DNA of 64,000 nt from Azolla caroliniana. Taxonomy: Eukaryota; Plantae; Polypodiophyta. The stretch is from assembly GCA_043228905.1 (NCBI GenBank), contig JBHGNT010000021.1:12090001-12154000 (forward strand), read 5' to 3'. Shown one piece after another: positions 49,646 to 61,453 of the stretch; positions within the stretch are counted from its first letter, which is position 1; the number at the start of each line of letters is the position of its first letter. Below the pieces are notes generated by a model, which made no database searches, was not told the DNA's origin, and saw nothing but the letters and a program-made list of their open reading frames with translations. A program made the position numbers and the translations under genes.

Positions 49646-52600
49646 TGTCGTGAAGAATTTCAGCCAGAGGCGGAAACCGGGAAATATTGGCTACATCGGC
49701 GGGGTGCAGCATGTGCGCTCACCCTTGCACATTTAGTGTGAATAACGAGGGCACCTTTATGGCACCGAAGAGTAGTTAAGTCGGGACAGAGAATCCCATG
49801 TAAGTCGGGATTTATCCCACATTGTAACGCATCTCCCTCCTTGTTCTATAAAAGGAAGGGAGCACCTCTTGTGATAGGGTTGCCCATTTCGGTAGTAGGG
49901 TATACCGTTAGAGGAAGAAATGTTCTCTCTTCCTCTTTCTTTTCCCCTGGTTTTAGGGTTTCTTTTTTTTCCTCTACTTCTTCCTCTTCGTCGTTCTGTG
50001 TGTCGAGCCTTGGCATCTAGCGTTTCCGTTGTCTGCCTGTCCTCTGTGCAAGACCCCGCTCGACGCGACGAGCCCGAGAGCTCCCCGACCGGCTGCTTGG
50101 CAGTAGACGACTATTGCAACCTGAGCTACTTAGGTCGGGCTCGATGCTCGTATTGTATCTTATTCTTGTAATATATGTGTGGAGGGTTTTGCGTATCGGT
50201 GTCTGTGTGGGTGTTTTGGTGTTCTCTTACCTCCGTTTCTGTACATAAGGGCGCGAGCTGGGTCGGCGCGGTGCATGTGTGTGTGTGTGTGAGTCGGTTT
50301 CAAGCGCGTGTTCTCTCTCTTTCTCTGTCTCGTTTTGTTGCTTCCGGAACGCGTCTGGAATCGTCTTCTCGGCTTTCCTTCTTCCCTCGTCTGAGACCCC
50401 CGTGGTCCCGCCCTTCTACACGCACGCGCGTAACAACGCGACATCTTTGGTGAAGCCGACGTGAAGGGCGGCAAGGGAGCATGGAGTCGGAAGATGATGA
50501 CCTCGCGGAGATGGTGGCCGAAGTGGTGTTGGAGTTTGCACGAGTGGTGATGAGGCGAGAAGCAGCGTAGCAAGCAGTTGAGCGAGTGGTCGAAAGAGTC
50601 GGTCATTTCAACGGGGACAAAGTCCCATCTTACTTGGAAGCCTACAACATGGAGATGGAGGAGCGAGACGTAGACGAGGCGTTGAGGCTGGAGTTCTTCT
50701 GTCGGGTCGTCGTCGTCCGTATGCACGCGGAAGTGAAGGAGCTCCGAGAAGCTCATAGTTCATGGGACGCCTTCGAAGAGGCGCTCCTACAGGCATATGG
50801 AGGATGTCGGAAGAGTCGGGGACGACACGACTTCGACTAGTGGGTTGCATCGGCGGAGACCCACCGGGGCGCAATGAAGGCGTTCCGAGAGTACGAGCGG
50901 CGTCTTGCCCGGCTCCCGGAGCGGGAACAAGGTTTGGTGGGGGCAGAGAAAGTCCTGTTGTTCGTTAAGTCGATCGATCGAGCGGAACGGGAGGCCATTG
51001 AGATTGAGATTGAAGACGAGGATGGAGCGAATGGCCTCACCGAGGACTGGTCGAAGGTCGGAAGGGTGTGCCAACGACTAGATGACGAGCAAGTTGAGAT
51101 GGCTAAGAGGAAGGCGCGCGACGGCGTACCATTACAACGGGAAGAGGCCAAACGGCAAAGAGAGTCAGCGTTGGGGCCAGGATTGCGGAGGCGTATGCAG
51201 CTCTCGAGGCGATGCTCGAGGAAGAGGAAAGATCGAGGCCGCTAGCCGAGACCGAGGAGACGGACTTGCCCCACGCGATGGCGGAAGACCGGTACGACGG
51301 TACCAGGGGAGAGGGTGAGGAGCAAGACGCCCTCTCGACTTGTGGAGAATTGCCGACCGAGGACAAGGTCTGGAGCGGAGAAGAGCCCTCCACACGGATT
51401 CCGGAGACTTCGGTGGTCGAGCCCGTGAGCCGACATGAGACCGGAGAGAAGGAAGGCACTAACGAGGAGTCTTGGCACGATGCCAGCAAAGAGGGATGGG
51501 AAATGGCCTGCGAGGAGGCCAAGGACGGAGGCAGCACGGAAAAATCGGCATTCCGATTTAGATGGGGCGTGATCCGGACGTGGATGACTCGATCGAAACC
51601 GGCCCAAGGCACAAAAGACCAAGGACGGGCTATAGAGCCCGATCGGTAGGGCTCGGTTCGGTACAATAGTGCCGGCACGGAAGAGGGTGCGAAACAAATC
51701 GCCCTCTTTTACATGAGGACACAAGCCGGCCAGGCGAAGGCCGCAAATCAGGAAGCCAACGATCGAGGTTGCGGAGAGAGACCGGCAGGTTTCGGACACC
51801 GCTGCCCGAAACTCAGGACATTGGAGAATCAAGTGTAGGCGGCACATGATCGATCGAAGTCTAGATGCTTCTCACCGAACGTGCTTGGGGAGCGGTACCC
51901 CGAACGAGCGTCCACAAATCATTACGAGACGGAAACACCATGTCTTATCCGGAGACTCAAGCAGTCGGCAACGAGCGCCAACGTGAGACCTGGAGTGAAG
52001 GGAGATGGAGGCAGGTACGCAAGAAGGAGAGTGACGACAAGTTCGGGAGAAGTACAGGGTGGTGAAGAGGAGAACGAAGACCGGTCCTACGGAGATCTTC
52101 ACACCGATCCGGCTGTCGGCCCGAGTGCCGGCGTGAGTCCTATAGGAGAGGTCGGTGGCAACAGGAGGACGGGACTCGGCAATCCAGAGAATGACGAATG
52201 GACTCGGACGAGAACCGGGCGGAGCGGACTCCCGGATAACCATTCCGGGAGGGAGGAGAGAGCAGGCCTATGAGAGGCCAAGGACACGGTACGTCAGTAC
52301 CACGGGAGAGGGTGTGGAGCGAGCCACCCTCTCGGCTTGCGAAAGAAGGAAGACCCAGGATAAGGGTCAGAGATACGACAAGCCTGAAGAGGATCCTTCA
52401 CACCGGATCCGGAGACTCCGGCGGTCGGCCCGAGAGCCGGCGTGAGACCTAGAATGACGATCGGTGACGGCAAGGGGACGAAGGCAAAGAACTGCGGGTG
52501 GGCAAACCGAGGTCCCACGAAGATCCTCACACCGACTCGGCGGTCGGCCTGAGAGCTGGTGTGAGTCCTATAGGAAAGGACAGTGGCGGCAGGTGAACGT

Positions 52601-54561
52601 GTTCGGACGACGAAAAGCGGAGAAGGAAGGTATCAGGCCGGCGAAGTGGCTACGAACCGAATCGGACCGATCGGCAAGGTCACGGGCATAAGGAAGTCCG
52701 GTCCTATGGGATCCCCACACCGAACCAGAGACTCTGGCAGTTCGGCCAACATGGCAACATGAGACCGAGAGAGAAGGTTGGTGGCGGCAGGAAACGGGAC
52801 CCGGCAACATGAAGGCAGGACCCGGATACACGGAAGACACGAGGAGAGTCGCGAAGGACTCCGGCAAAAGACACCCGAATTTCGGCAAGCAGAGAAACGG
52901 AGTCCGGTCCTATGGGACCCTCACACCGATTTGGAGACTCCGGCGGCCGGCTAACGGGAGTCCGTGTGAGACCTAGGGAGAAGGACGGTGGCGGCAGGGA
53001 ACGGGACCCAACGACACGAGATAGCGGATCGGGAGTCGGTAAGAAGGGGGCGAACGAAGTGCCAGTAGGGGCAAACACGGTGAGGTGTGTCGGGCCGGAA
53101 AGGCACACCTAGGACGGAACAAGAGTCTCGCAAGTGGCCATCGCGGGCCGAATCGAAGCGTGAATACGGGACGGTGTTCGGCACGGGCGGTGCCGAACAA
53201 AGGAAGTGGAAGACGACACAAGGGAGGTGCCGGGAAGAAAGTGAAGGGTGCATAGTGGACTGCACAGGGTCGGAGTCAGGGAATGACAAGGGAGTCCGGA
53301 GGAGGATCCTCCACACTCGCTTCGTAGATCTCGACAGCTCAGTTAGAGTAGCGAAGACTGACACGGCAAGCCCGTGATGACAAGCTGGTGGGGGCGAGGG
53401 GACGACGACAAGCGGAAGACTCAGAACCTGTTGCAGCAACGCGAAACGGGAAGGGCCAAGCGGGCTACTACTGGGTGTTCCTCGGATGCGGAGGACACCG
53501 GTATGCGGATGAGCGACGATGCACGATCTGGTCGGGAAAGGGGCCGACAAGGTGTGCAAAGAACCGGAGTGTGGCACAGGCAGTGCCAAACAACGGACGA
53601 GGATATATGGCACACAGAGGTGCCGGAGCGGAAAGGTGAGCGCGAAGAATGGGTTGCACGGTTCGGTGGTCGCACATAGAAGACCGGAGAAGGATCCTCC
53701 ACACAGTTCTGAAGACCTTGGCGGTCTGAGCCGATGTGGCGACGTAAGACCAAGGAGAAGGAAGGTGGCGACGAAGGCAGCGCGAAACAACATGGGACGG
53801 CAATCCGGACAACACGAATAACGAGGGCATGTGCGCTCACCCTTGTACATTTAGTGTGAATAACGAGGGCACCTTTATGGCACCGAAGAGTAGTTAAGTC
53901 GGGACAGAGAATCCCATGTAAGTCGGGATTTATCCCACATTGTAACGCATCTCCCTCCTTGTTCTATAAAAGGAAGGGAGCACCTCTTGTGATAGGGTTG
54001 CCCATTTCGGTAGTAGGGTATACCGTTAGAGGAAGAAATGTTCTCTCTTCCTCTTTCTTTTCCCCTGGTTTTAGGGTTTCTTTTTTTTCCTCTACTTCTT
54101 CCTCTTCGTCGTTCTGTGTGTCGAGCCTTGGCATCTAGCGTTTCCGTTGTCTGCCTGTCCTCTGTGCAAGACCCCGCTCGACGCGACGAGCCCGAGAGCT
54201 CCCCGATCGGCGGCTTGGCAGTAGACGACTATTGCAACCTGAGCTACTTAGGTCGGGCTCGATGCTAGTATTGTATCTTATTCTTGTAATATATGTGTGG
54301 AGGGTTTTGCGTATCGGTGTCTGTGTGGGTGTTTTGGTGTTCTCTTACCTCCGTTTCTGTACATAAGGGCGTGAGCTGGGTCGGCGCGGTGCATGTGTGT
54401 GTGTGTGTGAGTCGGTTTCAAGCGCGCATTCTCTCTCTTTCTCTCTCTCGTTTGATTGCTTCCGGAACGCGTCCGGAATCGTCTTCTCGGCTTCTCTTCT
54501 TCCCTCGTCCGACACCCCCGTGGTCCCGCCCTTCTACACGCACGCGCGTAACAACGCGACA
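49646..54561 (+). mobile_element. Element I: gag-only non-autonomous Trp-primed LTR element
   Basis: 5' LTR 49646-50443; PBS TGGTGAAGCCGACGTG at 50448; gag 50481-51100; GA-rich repetitive interior without pol; 3' LTR 53827-54561; perfect TSD TCGG. Confidence 0.92.
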
Positions 54562-57539
54562 TCGGTTATACCATGCCAGTATAACAGTCCACGTTCCTTC
54601 GTGCCGCTCACATATCGCAAAATTCGATGCGCTCACAGAAGGTGCTCCACGATTGGCTTCTGCATATATTGGCTGATCACGCCAACCGGATAACTGATGT
54701 CGGGTCGGGTGATTATATAAGGCTTCCGACGATTTGTCGGAACAACTTCTCATCGTAGGCCAATCTGGAGTCGGAACGGAGCTTCTGGTTCCGGTCCAGG
54801 GGTGTGGATATCAGTCGGCATTCCGTCATGCCGAACTTGTACAACATATTCAACACATAGTGCCTTTGTGAGAGCAATATGCCGGCGGGGGTTCGGATCA
54901 CCTCGATCCCAAGGAAATAGTGAAGGTCCCCCAGGTCCTTCATCTCAAATGCATCCAACAGTTGGGACTTGACTCGGTTGATTTCATCGAGTCTGGGTCC
55001 GGTGATGACTCGATCATCAACATACAACGAGATGCAAATCGGACCGTCCGGACCTTGCCAAATGAACAACGAAGAGTCAAACTTGGAAGCTGTAAACCCC
55101 ATCTTACGCAACCGGTGCGTAATCTTGGCATTCCAAGCTCGGGGGGCTTGCTTCAGGCCATAAAGTGACTTCTTCAGCTGGCATACCGCCGACTTGTTCA
55201 TCTCCAACTGGAAACCAGGGGGTTGGATCATAAAGACCTCTTCTTCAAGATCGCCTTGAAGAAATGCATTCTTCACATCCATTTGGTGAAGATGTCACCC
55301 CCTTGCCACAGCAACCGCCAGCATCACACGAACCGTAGTCATCTTTGCTACCGGAGTGAAGGTCTCTCGTAGTGCCACTAACCGGGCCTTGTACTGGTTA
55401 ATTGAACCGTCGATATTGTACTTTACCTTGTATACCCACTTACATCCGATCGGTTTATAGAATCGGGGAGGGTCAACTAGGTCCCATGTGTCGTTGGCAT
55501 CAAGTGCTCGCATTTCTTCCTCCATAGCGGCACGCCAATTTGCGTCCTTTGCTTCTTCTGCGTAGCTCTCCGGCTCATGCACTTCCGCCACCTTGGTCAG
55601 TACGCATAATGATGCGCCATGTACTCATTGTACTTGTACCGCTTCATGAGGTTCTTCTGGCGGGAAGACTGACATAATCTACAGTTACGTGGTTTGAGGC
55701 CCTTCTTGGCCGGTTCGGACTTCATTCCCGAAAATCTGCCTTCTTCCTTACCGGAGTCGGATTCGCTCTGATCTGACTCAAAGTTGCCGGTTGGCATCTT
55801 CTTCTTCCCCTTCTCGTTGCGCGTGAACCGTCTCCTCAGTTCCTTGCGTGGGGAGAGCACGATAGAGTCTCCACTACTCGCCGGTTCCTCATCCGATTGG
55901 TCATCCCGACTCAACCGCTCATTCGGTCCACTTATCCGAAATGAGATCGAACTCTCTTTTAGAGTGCCGAGGTCTTCATCTTCTATCTAGGCCGGTTCAG
56001 GCTCACTAGCCTCATCCTTCCGTATCAGGTCGGGGTTAGAAGTCGAAGCTGGTAAGGCATACCATGATGTCTTCTCATCAAACTCAACATCCCGGCTAAC
56101 TCGGACCTACTTCGTCCGGGGGTTATAACACTTATACCCCTTTTGCTCATGCGAGTAACCGACTAGGATGCATTTCTCCGACTTGGCATCCAACTTCCTC
56201 CGCTTCTCATCCGGCACATGCACATATGCAATGCTACCGAATATCCGAAGGTGTCTCGAATTCGGCTTGCGCCCGAAATATAGCTCATGCGCGGACACCT
56301 TGTTACCGATCCGGTTTTGGATGTAGACGGCCATCCGGACCGCCTCCGCCCAGTAGAAATGGGGCATGCTCTTCTCTTCCAGCATTTCCCTTGCCGCGTC
56401 GACAATTGACCGGTTCTTCCTCTCGGCCACACTATTTTGCTCCAGTGTGTATCTGCAGCTGAACTCTCTTCGAATTCCTTTTTGCTACAGATAACTATTG
56501 AATTGGCCAGAAAAATATTCTTTTCAGCCATCTGACCGCAGGCACTTGATCTTCCTCTCCGTTTCCCGTTCAACCAGTCTTTGCAGGTTCCGGAAACACT
56601 CGAAGACTTCGCTCTTCTGCTCAATGAGGTAGATCCATGTATGCTGGCTGTAGTCATTGATGAAGGAGACGAAATACCGATTCCCGCCAAGACTAACGTT
56701 TTGTGCCGGTCCCCATACATCCGAATGAATAAGGTCGAGCTTGTTACGGCTACGGTTTCGTTCGGTGGGGAATGGAAGCCGATGTTGCTTCTCGAGGGTG
56801 TAGGCTTCACATATTTGGACCTTCCGGCCATTGAACTTCGGTAAACCGAAAACAACTTGTTTCGTTTGCAGGTCTTGAAGCCTCCGGTAATTGACGTGGC
56901 CGATTTGCTTGTGCCAAAGATCAATATCTGATTCAATATTCTGTCCTTTGGAGAACAAAGCGGTGCCTATATCATTGGTGTCGAGGATGAACATCCTCCC
57001 GTCTCTGCGCCCTTGCACAATAATCTGGCCCTCTTCCTCGATGAAGCACCCGAGGTGCGTAAACCGCACCTGCATCCCCTAGTCAACTATCTGTCCAACT
57101 GACACCAGGTTCTTCGTGATGGTCGGGACGTGTAATACGTTCATCAACTTCCCCCTCTGTCTGACGTGGCTCAAAGGGACTTCTCCGACATGCACGATTG
57201 GGTGAGGAGTGTCATCTCTGGTTTCAACGACCCTCGGTTGTTCCGATTTCTCCAAGAAGGAGAACCACTCTTTGTGGCTCGTCATGTGATTCGACGCACT
57301 AGAATCAACATACCACACTTCCTCCAATTTGGAAGTGGTCTTCTTCATCAATTTAGCCTCGTGTTTCACCACCAAGGTTGGCCCTTTACCGGCTTTTCCG
57401 GTTTTGGATCCTCCTGATCCTTCTGCGTAGTGCGAGTATTGCCGGTTCTCTCTGCCAGCCTTGCCGGATCCTAATTTGTTCGAATCGGCGTGCGTTTTCC
57501 AACACTCGCTTTCTCTGTGGCCCTTTTTACCATAGTACC

Positions 57540-60500
57540 TGTTGGGGACAAAGGCCGTCAATGCGGAAGATCAAATAGCATTCGATTCGTGTTGAGTACC
57601 TGCGTATGACAGTTTGCAAGATCGTGCACAGAGACAGAGACAGAGAGAGAGAGAGAGAGAGGCACAAAATGACTTTCTATTCAATAGAAAAGAATAATAC
57701 AACCCAACCTTACAAAAAGGTTACTAGGTCACTTTATATAGTGACGACTTAGGGCAACTACCATTTATGCTAATTACACAAATGGCCCAAACTTGAGCTA
57801 TACAAAGGGATAGTGTGAATACGTCCATTATACACTTGTATTCGACACTCCCCCGTAATGGGCGTATACATGGGTTATCTAAGATTACAGGTATAAACCT
57901 AGGTTCTCGGACATATCAGTTTTGTTCGAGTCGGCAGGGTCCGAAGGCAGAAGACCGGACTGGTCGGGTCGGAAGAGTTGAAGCCGATCATTAAGGAACT
58001 GATGTCGGTTGTCTGAAACCATCCTACGCTGTGTCCGGCTCTAACCGGACTGGTTTGTCGTTACGCCCATCTGATGCCGAAGGGACCGAAAGCGGTCTGC
58101 CGAAAGACACTTGGTCATTCCATCTGCGACATTATCGGTTGTGGATATTTTCTCTAGACCGATTTTCCCTGAAATGACGCAGTCCCGAACGAAGTGATAT
58201 CGAACGTCGATATGTTTGGAAGCGTTGTGGTGAACCGGATTTCTCGACAAGGCAACAGCACCTTGACTGTCGCTATAGACAACTGGGGCCGAGTCATGGT
58301 CGACTTGTCGGAACGTGTGCGCCAGCCGGCCGAGCCACAAAGCTTCTTTTGCAGCGTCGGACGCAGCTACATATTCTGCTTCGGTCGTTGAGGTCGCTGT
58401 GCACTCCTGAAGTTTCGACTTCCACGAAATTGCTCCATTGCCGAATTTGAAGCAGTATCCAGTTGTTGATTTCCGACTGTCTATGCAGCCGGCGAAGTCC
58501 GAGTCGGTGTAACCGACTACGCCTGAGGTTGAGTTCGGGCCGAAAAGAATGCCGTGGTCTTTTGTGCCAGCCATCTATTTGAACACATGCTTGACTGCGT
58601 TCCAATGCGATCGGCCAGGATTGTGCATAAATCTGCTAACGACTCCTACGGCATGAGAAATATCAGGCCGTGTCGCGACCATCAGGTACATAAGGGAGCC
58701 GACTGCCGGTGCATACGGTACCGACTTCATATCTTCCCCCTCCGGACCGGATGTCGGGCAGTCTCGCTGAGAGAGCCGAAGATTCATGGGGAGCGGGGTT
58801 GAAGCAGATTTGGCTGATTGCATGTTGAAGCGTTCCAAGACACGTCCGATATAGTCGGTCTGAGACAAAAAAAGATGTCGTTTATCGCGATGCCGACTAA
58901 TCTTCATGCCAAGTATGTGTCGTGCCGGACCGAGGTCCTTCATGGCAAACTTCAACCGCAATTGCCGAATGAGATCGGCAAGTTCGCTCGCGTGGCGTCC
59001 AGAAATTAGCATGTCGTCCACGTAAATGATGAGGAAGATGGGTGATCCATCTTGAGCTGTGTTGGTAAAAAGACAATGGTCCTCATCGCTTTTTGAGAAG
59101 CCGATCGATTGGATGAAGTCGTCGAACTTCTTGTACCATTGTCGCGGTGCCTGTTTGAGGCCGTATAGACTCTTCCTGAGTCGGCAGACTAGATGTTCTT
59201 GGCCAGTTGCCACGAAGCCTTTTGGCTGCTCCATATAAATTTCCTCGTCAAGATCACCATGGAGGAAGGCTGTTTTGACATCTAGCTGAATCAGCTCCAA
59301 GTTGTCGGCTGCCACTACGCCGAGTAGAAAACGAAGGGTTGTCATTTTCACCACTGGTGAAAAAATCTCGTCGAAGTCGACGCCATATTCTTGTCGGAAG
59401 CCCTTCGCAACTAATCTGGCCTTGTACTTTGGGGTGGTCGAATCAGACGTCTCTTTTAGTCGATAAACCCACTTGCAAGGAAGAGCACGTCGATTCTTAG
59501 GTAATTCGACCAGATCCCAAGTCTTGTTTGCCCGAATGGAGTGCATTTCCGACTCCATCGCCAGATGCCAGGTGGCTGAATCGACAGATGTCGATGCTTC
59601 TTCGTAAGACGTTGGTTCGCCGGCGTCGGTGAAGAAAATTCCAGGAGAATACCTCTCCGGAGGTTGCGACAGTCTCTCGGATCGTCGAGGTATGATTGGA
59701 CTGGTCGTATCGGGTATCGAGGTCGGATGGTCCGAAAGCGAATTATTCTGCTGTGCCGAGTCAGAGTTGTCCGAGTCGGTAGTGTAAGGTTCAGCTACCC
59801 GTGAAGCTGACCGTGTGTTAAGAGCGGGGCCTTCTTGAAGGGTCGGCACATCGGAAAATGTTACCCTTCGGACTTCGATCGGTTTTTCGACTGATGGGTT
59901 CATAGCCGACTCGTTGAACACAACGTCCGAACTTCGAACGATTTGTCTGCGTTCGGGGTCCTAGAGTCGGTATCCCATTTCGCCGTTTGATCCATATCCA
60001 AGGAAAATGCATGTCCTGGACCGAGGTGCAAGTTTTCGGTGATCATCTTTCGGAATAAGGGCGTACGCCTCGCATCCGAAGATCCTTAGCTTGTCGTAAT
60101 TCGGCTTACTGCCGATCCATAGTTCCTGAGGAATTTGAAGTCCTAGAGGTCTGCTTGGCGACATATTGATTATGTGTACTGCCGTGAGTAGAGCCTCTGC
60201 CCAGAAGCCATCCGACAGTCCGGAGTGTTGGAGCATGGAAACTATCCGTTCTTGGATTGTCCGATTCATGCGTTCTGCAATCCCGTTTTGCTCCGGACTG
60301 TGTGGTGCCGTAAATTCACGTCGGATGCCGCGTTGTCGGCAGAATTTGACGAATTCTTCTGATTTGAACTCTCCCCCATTGTCGGTCCGAAGGCATTTCA
60401 GTTTTCGGTCAGTTTGATTTTTTACCATAGCGAGCCAATCGGAGAAGATCGAGAAGACACGATCTTTGGTGCGAATTGGATAAGCCCACACCTTTCGAGT

Positions 60501-61453
60501 CGAATCGTCAATAAAACTGACGAAGTAAGAGGCACCGCCGAGAGACTGATGCGGCATTGGGCCACAGACGTCCGAGTGGACTAAATCGAGAGGTCTCGTT
60601 TCTCTTGGTGCTGATGTCGGGTGTGATGCGGCTGCTTGTTTGCCATACTGGCAATGTTCGCAGAATTGATGGTCCGAGAAGGAGAGTTTAGGGATGTATC
60701 CGGCTCTAGATAGGTGCGTAATGCCGGCCTTGCTGAGGTGTCCTAATCTTCTGTGCCAAGACGGATCCAACTGATCCTCCCGAATGTCGATCAGCTGGAT
60801 GAAGCACGAATTGGGGTTGTTGTCTTGAGACCGATCTGCACCGAGTGGTTACAATGAGCGGCGAGCAGCGTTTGATGACCTCTTCGGATGCCGTTTAACC
60901 GAGTGGAGCACGATCGTGTCAATGTTGCACAAGGGGATTTCACCTCGAGCGGTTACGATCACAAGGAACAGAGTACAACCGGCTGGCTTACTCCAAGCGA
61001 AGATGATCTAACGCGATGAGATGCAAGCCTCGTTTTTTCTTCTTCTTCTCTCTTCTTCGAATGACGCAAGAAACCGAATGCTGTGCAGGCTGAGACGACG
61101 GCCGACAGCGGGTTGAAGGACCGAATACTGTGCAGGCTCTGATACCAGATGTTGGGGACAAAGGCCGTCAATGCGGAAGATCAAATAACATTCGATTCGT
61201 GTTGAGTACCTGCGTATGACAGTTTGCAAGATCGTGCACAGAGACAGAGAGAGAGAGAGAGAGAGAGGCACAAAATGACTTTCTATTCAATAGAAAAGAA
61301 TAATACAACCCAACCTTACAAAAAGGTTACTAGGTCACTTTATATAGTGACGACTTAGGGCAACTACCATTTATGCTAATTACACAAATGGCCCAAACTT
61401 GAGCTATACAAAGGGATAGTGTGAATACGTCCATTATACACTTGTATTCGACA
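57540..61453 (-). mobile_element. Copia H2: young 3.9-kb element lacking gag and protease
   Basis: Near-identical LTRs 57540-57847 and 61150-61453; PBS-iMet 61136-61147; PPT; perfect TSD GTACC; INT 59961-60770, RT 58575-59921, RH 58041-58574. Confidence 0.95.

Noticed and set aside
51100-53850. Many overlapping ORFs in the interior of element I, and short or antisense ORFs throughout the window
   Set aside because: These arise from GC-rich, stop-poor repetitive sequence or are shadows of TE genes; I recognised no domains.
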